A stretch of 64,000 nt of DNA. Origin: Okamejei kenojei (lineage: Eukaryota). Under the pieces are notes generated by a model. That model was not told the DNA's origin and did not search any database. It saw only the letters and a list, made by a program, of their open reading frames with translations. This document shows positions 13,440 through 24,910 of the stretch, piece after piece (positions within the stretch are counted from its first letter, which is position 1; the number at the start of each line of letters is the position of its first letter). A program made the translations under genes and the position numbers. The stretch spans positions 15,376,001-15,440,000 of the forward strand of contig CM069160.1 of the NCBI GenBank assembly GCA_035221665.1, read 5' to 3'.

Positions 13440-14144
13440 GTCCCAAACGCTCTCCCAGAAGGTCGACGCGGGACCTCGTGGTAGCGGACTTTCACATGTC
13501 CCGGGACCTCGAGGGGCCGAACCACATGGGGATGGTCTCTTAATAATCCAATTATGGATATCGATTAACCCCATACATAACAGACATTTCCCTAACCCAA
13601 TAAAACAGCAGCTAAAACAATGTATTCAAACCGGACTTCGGTAGGAAGCCAACTTAGAAACATTTACCCTGATCTGCAAGAAACCCAGACAAGGCTCAAT
13701 ACCTCATCCAATTAACACTCGGCAAAGTTAAACACTGCAACATTATTTATAATTATTTGCAAGGTGTATGGCTGGCTTGCAGCCATCCAATCCATTCTAT
13801 GCATTTTGCATCTAATTGACAGGGTCTGCAAATGTTCTTATTCTTTTCTTGCAACTTGTATCAAGGCTCTGGACACTCTGGCGCCACTCCACAGCCTGTC
13901 CCAGCTCTGCAGAGAGCAATTCCAAATTGACCCAATCTCCCAGCAGCCCTGAAGCTTTTACCCCATTTTAATGTCCTAGCCTCTCGAATTTGGCCAGGAT
14001 TAACAGGGGTGTCACTGTTAAGCACTTGTTAAATGTCTCTACTAACATCGTATTAACACGATGTGTCAACAAATTTGTTTTGACCTGCCAAAGTTGTCTG
14101 ATGTGAGTACAATTACCATTTGAACTAATTGGATGTATTGGTGG

Positions 14145-14589
14145 TACACAAATGGCTGGAGAAACTCAGCGGGTGCAGCAGCATCTAAAGAGCGAAGGAG
14201 ATAGGCAACGTTTCGGGCCAAAACCCTTCTTAAAACTGATGGGTGGTGGGGGGGGGGGGGGGGGGAGAAGAAAGGAAAAAGGAGGAGGAGGAGCCCGAGG
14301 GCTGAGGGAGAGGTGGGAAGGGGAGGAGACAGCAAGGGTTAACAGAATTGAGAACATGTTCAAGCCCAGAGTATGCAGACTTCCCAAGCGGAATATGAGG
14401 TGATGTTCCTCCAACTTGCGGTGTTGCTCACTCTGGCCGTGGAGGAGGCCCAGGACAGAGAGGTCGGATACGGAATGGGAGGGAGAGTTGAAGTGCTGAG
14501 CCACCGGGAGGTCGGGTTGGTTATTGCGGACCGAGCGGAGGTGTTCGGCGAAACGATCGCCAAGCCTCCGCTTGGTCTCACCGATATCG
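14145..14589 (-). mobile_element. Penelope-like element 3' fragment (GIY-YIG endonuclease)
   Basis: GETKRRLGDRFAEHLRS...AQHFNSPSHSVSDLSVLGL...RKLEEHHLIFRLGSL; flanked by the 17-bp direct repeat attggatgtattggtgg. Confidence 0.85.
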
Positions 14590-15256
14590 ATTGGATGTAT
14601 TGGTGGATGGGAAAGATTTAAACAGGTTAGGTCATTAAGGAATCCGGTTGAACAGGTTTCCTGGGTGGCTTGCAGGTTAGTCCCTCATTCAGGTCACTCA
14701 CTTTATTTAGTATGTTTTTCCCACCTCTCTCTCTCTCACGCCTCCAAGGTTGGTTCTTGGTTGGTTCTTGGTTACTTGGTCCTTCAAAAAACCAAAATAT
14801 GGTTCTTCAGTTTGCCTTTATTTGCTTCAGTTTTATTTGTTTAAGTGTTATTTATCACATTGTAGCTTTTGAAAGATCCAAGCGGGAATCAGACGCTCTC
14901 CAAGGGCTGAATCGGCCCGTTTGCGGAGCCTTTCATCGCCCGGCATGGCTGAAAATCAAACTGCTGCGTCAAGGCAATCGAGGCTCCTGATGTTGAAGCC
15001 CTGCCGGCCAGTTTTAAGCCACACCGGGCGATGAAAGGCCCCGCAAACGGGCCGATTCAAAACCCCACGATTCGGGGCGGACGAAGCTGCTGTTGCTGGA
15101 GTTTGGAGTCGGTTACCAATCAGGTCAGCTCCCGATGTTACCGTCCACTGGGCCCACGGCCGAAGCCTCGCACGTGTGTGTGTGCGTGTGCGCACGGCCG
15201 CTAAGAAATTGTGTCTCCCCCGTGTTTTGACAGTAAATTCCGCCTCCTAACGAGGG

Positions 15257-15515
15257 GACTGCAGATGCTGGTTTACACCGAAGACAGACACAACAAAACT
15301 GGAGTAACTCAATGGATCAGGCAGCGTCTCTGGAGAGAAGGAATATGTAACGTTTCGGGTCGAGACCCTTCTTCAGACCGACCTTCAGACCGAAGAAGGA
15401 TCTCGAGCAGAAACATCGCCCATTCCTTCTCTCCATAGATGCTGCCTCACCCACTGAGTTTCTCCTGCATTTTGTGTCTACCTTCGATTTCACAAGCATC
15501 TGCAGTTCGTTCTTA
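15257..15515. mobile_element. Inverted pair of Penelope-like terminal repeats with a minimal hammerhead core
   Basis: ctgcagatgctgg...aacgtttcgggtcgagacccttcttcag followed by an inverted copy gaagaaggatctcgagcagaaacatc...gcatctgcag. Confidence 0.7.
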
Positions 15516-15639
15516 AATGAGAAGCAATGGGTGACGATTTGACGTTGGAACAAAGAAGAACAGCGTTGAGTTACTCCAGCGTTTAGTGTTTATCTTCGGT
15601 CCAACAGGAAGGATTGATGTTCTGCTTTTTATTTTGCAG

Positions 15640-15972
15640 CGGGAAGAAACAAGTTCTTCACCGTGGAGCAAGGCCAGTCCAGAATAGTCGCGGATGAGGG
15701 CCAAGCTGTCCTCATGACTTGTACCCACAATGCCAATCGCTCTAGAGGTGCCAGCGAGTACAGCTGGCACAAGGATGGCAAACAAGTCTCCAATGAAACT
15801 CAGGAGTACGCAGGCCGAGTGATCGGGCCGCTCCAAGATGACTCTTTCAACACTTCTATACAACTGGTGGATGTGAGGCAGAGTGACTCTGGAGATTACT
15901 ACTGCAAGGTGCGGATAGAAGGACTCGGTGAGGCCGAGGGAGAAGGCGTGAGTCTGGAAGTGAACGGGACAG
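15640..15972 (+). CDS. Ig V-set exon 2 (germline-joined VJ type), strongly NKp30/NCR3-like
   Basis: Intact 333-nt phase 1-1 exon (ttttgcag / gtgagt): FTVEQGQSRIVADEGQAVLMTCTHN...YSWHKDGKQVSNETQEYAGRV...SIQLVDVRQSDSGDYYCKVRIEGLGEAEGEGVSLEV; CxVxxxGLGxxxGxG and VxNxTxEY/FxGR are motifs I recognise from NKp30. Confidence 0.93.
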
Positions 15973-16064
15973 GTGAGTGGTTTATCCGTGTGAACGGGCA
16001 GCGTCCGTGGAGAAGTCGAGTCACGTCTAGTCATGTCAAGTCTAGCCTGGTCTAGTCTGGTCAA

Positions 16065-16665
16065 CTATTTGTCACAGACGCATACAAGATGTGCAGTGAA
16101 ATGAAAGTGGCAATGCCTGCGGATTGGGCAAAAACTACAGAACAACTGAAAGAATATTTACATTTTAAAAAGACACAGCAGTAAATGAGTCCCCGGTGAG
16201 AACAGAGTTTACAGTCCTGACGGCCTGTGGGAAGAAACTCCGTCTCATCCTCTTTGTTTTCGCAGCGTGACAGCGGGGGCGCTTGCCTGACCATAATAGC
16301 TGGAGCAGTCCGTTGCTGGGGGGGTAGGGGTCCCCCATAATGTTGCTGGCTCTGGATCTGCACCTCCTGGTGTATAGGTCCTGCAGGGGGGGGGGGGGGA
16401 GTGTAGTTCCCGTGGTGCGATCAGCCGAACGCACTACTCTCTGCGGAGCCTTCCTGTCCTGGGCAGAGCTGTTCCCGAACCAGATCGTGATGTTACCGGA
16501 CAAGATGCTTTCTACAGCCCCAGAGTAGAAGGACTGAAGGACCCACAGAGAGACTCTGAATTTCCTCAGCTGCCTGAGGTGGTAAAGGCACAGCCTTGCC
16601 TTACTCACCAGTGCGGCAGCGTGTGTTGTCCATGTCAGATCCTCTGTGATGTGGACTCTCAGAAT
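16065..16665 (-). mobile_element. Rex1/Babar-type LINE 3' fragment
   Basis: VHITEDLTWTTHAAALVSKARLCLYHLRQLRKF...FYSGAVESILSGNITIWFGN...RMRRSFFPQAVR. Confidence 0.85.
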
Positions 16666-17307
16666 GTGGACAGGTGTATCCCACCTGGGATCGCTCCGTC
16701 CCTGGCCAGCACCGCTCGGCACGTTGGAGCAGCGGTAGAGTTGGGCCTCACAGCGCCAGAGACCCAGATTCCATCCTGACCACAGAACGGAGTTTGTACG
16801 CTCTCCCCGTGACCTACGTGGGTTTTCTCCAGGTGCTCCGGTTTCCTCCCACACTCCAAAGACATACAGGTTTGTAGGCTAATTGGCTTGGTACAGTTAT
16901 CTGGTGAGAGGGCGGGAACGGGGCACTGGTTCTGGATGATCAGCCGCGGTCATGTTGAGTGGCGGTGCTGGCTCGAGGGGCCGAATGGCCAACTCCTGCA
17001 CCTATTTTCTTCCCATGTCCCTAGTGTGTGTAGGATAGTGTTAGTGTGCGGGTATAGCTGGTCGGCGCGGACTCGATGGGCCGAAGAGGGCCTGTCTTTT
17101 TTGTGCTGTCCCTCTAAACTAAACATGCTAAACAAAACTAACTAAATCTGAAGATGGTCTCAACCAGAAACGTCACCTATTCCTTCGCTCCATACAAGAT
17201 AAACTGTTCAATCTGCTCGCAAGTTGCTCGGTGTGCTGGACTGACCTTGAGGGGCCGAATGGCCTCTTCCTCGTTTGCAGGTTCTGAGCTGTTTGTCTTC
17301 TCCACAG

Positions 17308-17436
17308 GGACGGGGGGGGGGGAGATAAAACGTGTTCACCATTCTCCTGTTGATCCTGGCATTAGGCCTTGTTGGAAGGCTGCATCATTCCTCTTCGCCA
17401 TCCACCTCTGCAGGCAAATCCCACCAATAGCCAAAC
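17308..17436 (+). CDS. Transmembrane exon of the NKp30-like receptor (internal compensating frameshifts)
   Basis: Acceptor tttgtcttctccacag, donor gtaagg, 129 nt; hydrophobic run VFTILLLILALGLVG at 17332-17376, then FLFAIHLCRQ in the neighbouring frame; a G homopolymer precedes the shift. Confidence 0.7.
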
Positions 17437-17954
17437 GTAAGGATGTTGAACTATTTACCCTCTCTGACCAGTTGAACTGGGTGGAGGGTCAGTGTGTCAG
17501 CCCCCACCCAGTACAGCAGGCAGTGAAGAAAGCGAATGGGCTGTTGGGGGCCACGTTTCATGACGAGAGGAGTTGAGTATAGGAGCAAAAAGGTCCTTCT
17601 GCAGTTTGTACAGGGCCCTGGTGAGATCACACCTGGAGTATTATGTGTCGTTATGGTTCCCTGATTTGAGGAAGAACATTCTTGCAATTGAGGGGAGTGC
17701 AGCGTAGGATCACAAGGTAATTACCGGGATGGCGGGACTGTCATATGCTGAGAGAATGGAGCGGCTGGGCTTGTATAGAAAAGACTTTGCCTTCCATCAC
17801 AGTGAGGAGGAGATTCACTGTGATGGATTTTGTGGTAAATTGAATTGTTTGTATGTTTTGTAGGAATTGTCTTTGTTTGTATGGCTGTGGAAACAGAGTT
17901 TCGTTTTGAGCCTCACTGAGGTTTAGTGACTGGACATGAAACAATAAAATATTG

Positions 17955-18484
17955 TATTTATATTCGGGATCAAACATTTAATCCTCCAGCGATTGGTCGA
18001 GAGAGCGTCACGTGATTTGATATAATTTCAACTATTTTAGAATGTTGGCACGCTGACACTCCAAACGATGTACTATTTGACAAAAATGACATCACTTTTA
18101 TGACGACATTTTTGTAAATAAGCATTTACTATGTCGGGAAATCATGTCACAGCTCCGCGTGCATGTAACGGGAAACTGACCAAATCGCCTAGTACTGGAC
18201 CCGCCATCTTCGTATCGAGCAGACGATTGAAACTTGTGTACAAATTTACATCGCGCGCTATACTCCGAGTAAAGTAGAGAATTATACGCAAGCGGGAGAG
18301 CGGGAGATTTTCCGAAAATGCCCTTTCAGCGGCGATCTTGCTGAAAGGGCATTTCGGAAAATCTCCCGCTCTCCCGCTTGCGTATAATTTCTCTACTTCA
18401 CTCGGGAGTCTAGCGCGCGATGTAAATTTGTAAACAACTTAAGGTAAGAATTATTCTTGTAAATGTTTGATCCCAAATATAAAA
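17955..18484. mobile_element. MITE-like element with TIRs and a long internal palindrome
   Basis: tttatattcgggatcaaacattta ... taaatgtttgatcccaaatataaa; internal inverted arms at 18239-18330 and 18340-18432. Confidence 0.65.
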
Positions 18485-18664
18485 CAAATATCCTTGGCCT
18501 TATTTCGAGTTTCTGGTTTAAACTATGGGCCTCGGTGCCTCCAAATAGTACTATTCACTTCGGGCTGCGCCCTCAGTGAATTACAATTTTGGAGGCACCT
18601 CTGCCCATAGTTTAACCAGAAACTCTCAAGCCCAAGTATATTTGTATAGTATATTGTATTAGCA

Positions 18665-19590
18665 TTGTATGCTCTGGAGTTTAGGAAGGGTGAGAGGGAT
18701 CTTATTGAAACATATAAGATATTTAGGGTTTTGGACATGCCTGAGGCAGGAAACATGTTCCCCGATGTTGGGGGAGTCCAGACCAGGGGGCCACACAGAT
18801 TACGAATACTAGTAAGCCATTTAGAACAGAGACGAGGAAACACTTTTTCACACAGAGAGTTGTGAGTCTGTGGAATTCTCTGCCTCAGAGGGCGGTGGAG
18901 GCCGGTTCTCTGGATACTTTTAAGAGAGAGCTAGATAGGGATCTTAAAGATAGCGGAGTCAGGGGATATGGGGAGAAGGAAGGAACGGTGGGTAGGTGGG
19001 GGATGATCAGCCAATATCACAGTGAATCACTGGCTCCAAGGGCCGAAGGGCCGAATGGCCGACTCCTGCACCTGTTGTCTATTGTAGCACACTATCCATC
19101 CCCCCTCTGGGACTGGAATGGGTCAGTGTGCACACATTATGGTCTCCTGTAACTAGAGGGTGTGGAGCTATCGGGGAGAGGTTGAGGTTGAGCAGACTGG
19201 ACTCTATTCCTTGGAGCGCAGGAGGATGAGGGGAGATCTTATAGAGGTGTATAAAATCATGAGAGGAATAGATCGGGTCCACACACAGAGACTCTTGCCC
19301 AGAGTAGGGGAATCGAGGAGCAGAGGACACACGTTCAAGGTGAAGGGGAAAAGATTTACAGGAATCTGAGGGGTGGCTTTTCGGTGGGTGTATGGAACAA
19401 GCTGCCAGAGGAGGTGGTTGAGGCTGGGACTATCCCAACGTTAAAGAAATAGTTGGACAGATACATGGACAGGACAGGTTTGGAGGGATATGGACCAAAC
19501 GCAGGCAGGTGGGACTAGCATAGCTGGAGATGTTGGCTGTATGGGGCAAGTGGGCCAAAGGGCTTGTTTCCACGCTGTGTCACTCTATGA
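18665..19590 (+). mobile_element. Two CR1 (HER1-like) LINE 3' fragments; representative of the dominant repeat class of the window
   Basis: ALEFRKGERDLIETYKI...TRGPH and GLYSLERRRMRGDLIEVYKIMRGID...SRGH; 3' UTR gggccgaatggcc(t/g)actcctgcacct. Confidence 0.85.
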
Positions 19591-20304
19591 CTTCTAATAT
19601 GACTGTAATTAACAAGATGGATTTTATTTCTGTAAAATGCCAGAGAAATTGCGGGGAGACCCTATGGGACATAGAACATAGAAGAGCCCCTCTCCCCCCC
19701 CCCCCCATGGTTTGAGAGGTGGGGGGACCCCCCCCCAAATTCCCCCCCCCCCGATCCCCCCCACCCCCCCCATTGGTTTGTGGCCCTGGGCGCTACTGCC
19801 AGTCCCAGGTGGGCTCGCTTGCCCCGGGACTTGCATCCTGGCCACTCACTCATATCCCCGCTGCCCTCAGGTAGAAGGTACAGGAGCCTGAAAATCTGCA
19901 ACATCCAGGTTCAGGATAGCTGCCATTCCCCACAGCCATCAGGCTATTAAACTCAACTCATACAAAACTCTGATCATTAATAACCCATTGCACTTTATNN
20001 NNNNNNNNNNNNNNNNNNNNNNNNNNNNNNNNNNNNNNNNNNNNNNNNNNNNNNNNNNNNNNNNNNNNNNNNNNNNNNNNNNNNNNNNNNNNNNNNNNNN
20101 NNNNNNNNNNNNNNNNNNNNNNNNNNNNNNNNNNNNNNNNNNNNNNNNNNNNNNNNNNNNNNNNNNNNNNNNNNNNNNNNNNNNNNNNNNNACTGATCTG
20201 TTCACTATTTATTTATGCCTACCAAAAAAAAGACTAGGCTTGTATTCACTGGAGTTTAGAAGGATGAGGGGGAATCTTATTGAAACATATAAAATTATAA
20301 AAGG

Positions 20305-20555
20305 CTATAGATTCCGCCGGAACAATCTGGACATCAGCAGCATTGAACTGGGCCGGTTGATCATGAAATCTTCTGGCACATCGAGCAGCCTCTGTGCCTG
20401 CCCGGTGAAGGAGAATAGAGGCACGGACATCCGGAGCGACTACAGCGTGCAACGCATGCACATACACAGTGAAATCTTCATCAAAGATGCCCCATCGCTC
20501 GGCGAGGTCGCCGTCAAACACCAAAGGCTCTGGTTTGTGAAGTGCTGACGCCATG
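20305..20555 (-). mobile_element. Ty3/Gypsy-type gag N-terminal fragment, second copy
   Basis: MASALHKPEPLVFDGDLAERWGIFDEDFTVYVHALHAVVAPDVRASILLHRAGTEAA. Confidence 0.65.
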
Positions 20556-21514
20556 GTAAACGCACAAACTGGACACAAAAACCCAAAATAAAATAAAGGT
20601 AAAACGACTTGCAGTTGTATAGGGCTCTGGTGAGACCACATCTGGAGTATTGTGCACATTTTTTTTGGTCTCCTAATTTGAGGAAGGCCATCCTTGTGAT
20701 TGCGGCAGTGCAGCGTAGGTTCACGAAGGATTGATCCCTGGGATGGCGGACTGTCATATGAGGAAAGATTGAAAGGACTAGGCTTTGTATTTACTGGAGT
20801 TAGAAGGAAGGGGGGGGGGGGGGATCTTATAGAAACAATATAAAATTATAAAAGGACTGGACAAGCAGATGCAAGGAAAAATGGTCCCAATGTTGGCGAA
20901 GTCCAGAACCAGGGGCCACAGTACTTAGAATAAAGGTCATTTAAGACTGTGAGACATTTTTCCCTTCACCAAAGGGGAGGTCATTTTTAATGACTGTGAG
21001 AAAAAACATTTTCACCCAGAGAGTTGTGAATTTGTGGAATTTCCCCCTGCCTGCAGTGGAGGCCAAGTCACTGGATGGATTTAAGAGAGAGTCAGATAGA
21101 GCTCTAGGGGGGGCTAGTGGAGTCCAAGGGATATGTGGAGAAGGCAGGCACACGGGTTATTGATTGGTGGACGATCAGCCATGATCGCAATGAATGGGGG
21201 GTGGCTGGCTCGAAGGGCCGAATGGCCTCCTCCTCCCTGCAGCACCTTGCACCTATTTCTATGTTTCTAACGTTTAATATTCTGTTGTGCTGAACCAAAG
21301 GTCTAGAATATCATTCCTATCTGGGACACGGACAATAAACTCTCTTGAAACTTGAATCGTGACTGGCTGTAGCGCCCAGGCCAACCCGCCAGCCCCTCAC
21401 TCCAAAGACGCATCAGGTTTTGTAGGTTATGTGCTTCAGTTATATTGTGAATCTCCCAAGTGTGTCGGATGGTGCTAGTGTACGGGTGGTCACTGCAGAC
21501 TATGTGGGCCAAAG

Positions 21515-21775
21515 GCCCTGCAGTTCCAGCCTCGCCTGCGCGCACCAGGACCGGGATGTCAGGCCTGTAACGCCCAGGTCAGCTTGCGTGCCCCGGTCTG
21601 ACTGCAGTTCCCACTCGGCTCTGCACGCCCCGGGACAGGCTGTAACACCCAGGTCAGCTAGCCTGCCTATGGACTGGCTGAGTTCCCCAGTTCAACTCGC
21701 TTGCTCCAGGTCCGGCCGCAGTTCCCAGGTCGCCCTGCGTGCCCCGGGAATGTCTGCAGTTTACCCATGTCCCGC
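21515..21775. repeat. Degenerate GC-rich minisatellite
   Basis: Recurrent ctgtaac(g/a)cccaggtcagct and ctgcagttccca...gccccggga units; one more unit at about 21365. Confidence 0.55.
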
Positions 21776-24114
21776 GAAACTAATTGAAAAAAAAATATGC
21801 CTCTAGCCAGATGATTTTGGTACAGTAAGTAAGTTTTTATTGGCCAAGTATCACATACAAGGAATATTGCCTGGGCTTCCGCCCCAAAGTAACAACATGA
21901 CCATACAGTGACAGTTACGAATTGACTCAGAAAACACTAAACATTAATACTAATTAAAACATGAATGATAAAACACCATTGATCAAGCATGTGAACCACA
22001 AAATACCAGATCACAGGGAGGCAACAGATTTTTGGCTGTTGATAGAGCAATCTACACTGGATAAAAACTGGGTTTTATAAGACTCGGGCTGTGGCAGCTT
22101 TGACAGTCCGACGAGAGTCGCCTTCCAGAGGAAGTGAGTCAAAGAGTTTGTGGCCAGGGTGAGATGGGGTCAGAGATGATCTTGCCGGGCTCGCTTACGA
22201 GGCCGGATTCCGGCACCTGGGCCGTAGGTTGCCACCCCGGTCTTTACAATGTCAGGCTCATTGTGTGCACCCACCCCCCCCAATGTTTTAAAAAGCAATT
22301 TCGCGCCAGTGGCCCTTCGGTCCACAAATGTTTGTGGTCAAGCATGATGCCTGGTTGAATCTGGTTTCATACTGCCTTGTTCCTTGTGTCTTAATGTATA
22401 TTTTCATCTTTTTATATCCATTCTTTACAGGTGCTATTCTTGGATCAAAGGCTGGTGTGGTTGTACTACACACTGTTAACATTCAGTTTAACAACCTCCC
22501 TCTTCTCCCCTCTCCTCGATCAGGCAAGAGGTAGGCAGATTTCCAGAAGTGTGTAAACGCAATCTCCAGTATCTACGGACAGCTTTCTTCACAGCTGTTA
22601 ATCAGGCAACCTGAACCATCCCTACCACAACCAGTGTGCGGTCCTGAAATACTATCTAAGGTAGACAAAAATGCTGGAGAAAACTCAGTGGGTTGAGGCC
22701 TGCATCTATGGGCGAAGGATAATCAGGCAACAATTTTGGGGCTGAAACCTTCTTCAGAACCGAAACGTTTTGGCCGATTTCCTTCGCTCCATAGATTCTG
22801 CATCACCCGCTGAATTTCTCCAGCATTTTTGGTTCTACTTCGATTTTCAACATCTGCAGTTCTTCCTTAAACACTCTGGAACTACTATTCTACTCGCTGG
22901 TCGGACCCTGGGACTAGACTTGAGTGGACTTTACTGGCTTTACCTTGCAGCTAAACTTTATTCCATTACCCATGTATTTCGTAACAATGTAAGTGGGTTT
23001 GATCGTAATCATGTATTGTCTTTCCGCTGACTGGTTAAGCAACGCGGGCTCAGAGCTTTTCACAGTTACCTCGGTACACGTGACAATAAACTGAATAGGG
23101 AACAAAGTTATCAACTTTTGGTGGCATAAAAACAGGAAAGCAGACTATTATTTAAAATGGTGGGCCGATTAGGAAAAAGGGGAGATGCAGCGAGAACTGG
23201 GTTTGTCAATGGTACACCAGTCATTGAAAGTAGGCATGCAGGTGAGCAGGCAGTTGAAAAAAAAGCGAATGGTATGTTAGCTTTTTCATAGCAAAAGGAT
23301 TTGAGTACAGGTGCGCAGGGAGGGGTTTTTTTAAACTTCAGTTGTTTACAGGGTCTTGTGAGACCACCAACTGGAGTATTGCGTGCAGTTTTGGTCTCCA
23401 ATATCTGAGGAAGGACATTATTTGCATAGAGGGGAGTGCTGGAGGAAGGTTCACCAGGTCTGATTCCTGGGATGTCTGGACTGTCTTCTCTGAAGAAAGA
23501 CTGGATAGACTTGGTTTATACTCTCTGTAATTTTGGAGATTAAGGAGGGGATCTCTTATAGAAACTTCACAAAATTCTTAAGGGGTTGGACACGGCTTGA
23601 TGCAGGAAGATTGTTCTCCGTTGTTGGGGCAAAAGTCCAGGACCAAGGGGTCATCAGCTTAAGGAGATAAAGGGGGAAGGAAAATCCTTTATGACCGAGA
23701 TGAGAAAGACTTTTTTCACACAGAGAGTGGTGAGTCTTCTGGAACTCTTGCCCACAGAGGGTAGTTGAGGCCAGTTCATTGGCTATATTTAAGAGTGAGA
23801 TTGGATGTGGCCCTTGGTGGCTAAGGGGTCAGAGGGTATGGGAGAGAAGGCTGGTACGGGGATACTGGTTGGATGATCAGCCATGATCATATTGTATGGC
23901 GGGTGGCAGGCTGACAGGGCTGATTATGCACTATCCTGCACCTAATTTCTATGTTTCTTTGTTTATATGAGTATAATTGTTGTGATAAAAGAAGCGCACA
24001 TGCAGAGATACTCCCTCGTTCTCTCATTTGACACCACAAGCCTGCTGAGTAACTAGCGGGTCAGGAATTCTCTGGAGGAGGAATGGAAAGGAGTAGGTGA
24101 GAACGCATTTAGAA

Positions 24115-24145
<31 letters not shown>

Positions 24146-24910
24146 CTATATATTTTTATTAGAGTATTTAGACAGTGATTTAGCTAAACATTTGTTTGAT
24201 AGCACTATTTCATGTTCAACAAGCATACATATTAATATTTATCATGTGTATCATTTTGACTCTAATAGTTTTTTTTTATAAAGAAGAGCAGTAGGAAAAA
24301 TAAGCTAAAAATCAACATCGAAAAAAGAAAAAGTCATAAAGAAAGGAATAATTTATATTACTACATCGTAGGAGATTAAGATCAAGGACTATAAAATATA
24401 ATTTTCATTCTAACTCCTTTAATAAAATCATAGTTTCAGTTAGGGTTCCCTCCGAACCATTCAACCCTTTTAGGTAAAACAATGAAAGAAGACCTATTCT
24501 AACAAAAACTTCTTGTTTGTCCATTAGGCAAATCTGATTCTTTACAGCTGTAGGGTTCAGACATTTCCATTAATCCAAATTTTAATTGTGAGGGGAGTAT
24601 AGGGCCTTTCCAAAATTTTAATATTAATTTCTCTTCCCAATTATTATACTATCATCTAGGAAATTTCTTCTAGACTTGTTTGTAAGAGTTAACTTTGTTC
24701 TAAAGTTCCAAAGTAGATTATTAATTTTGGGTCGGAACATCCAGTTTAGTATTAATAATCTTCAGAAGTATTCTAAAAAATCTCAGGTCCAAGACGATTC
24801 TTAATTTTTATACAATTCGCAAAGGTTATTTGTTAATTATATTAGGCCTCTGAGATGTTGGAACATCTTATCGCAGGTGCGTAGGAAGATATTTGTGGAA
24901 AGATATATCA
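24115..24910 (-). mobile_element. L1-clade LINE 3' end (poly-A tail read as poly-T)
   Basis: T-run at about 24115-24141 followed by AT-rich sequence that resembles, on the minus strand, the end of the L1 at 9.5-10 kb. Confidence 0.6.

Noticed and set aside
11780-15972. Rearranging Ig/TCR V segments
   Set aside because: J is fused in frame, no RSS is seen, and no C1 constant exon is found before the TM exon
21800-21836. Micro-exon ending in gtaagt
   Set aside because: The gtaagtaagt belongs to the reverse-oriented tail of the adjacent Rex1-type LINE, and the acceptor lacks a pyrimidine tract
22328-22534. Hydrophobic ORF as the receptor TM exon
   Set aside because: The hydrophobicity comes from T-rich sequence upstream of the only acceptor, there is no good donor, and a better TM exon lies at 17308-17436
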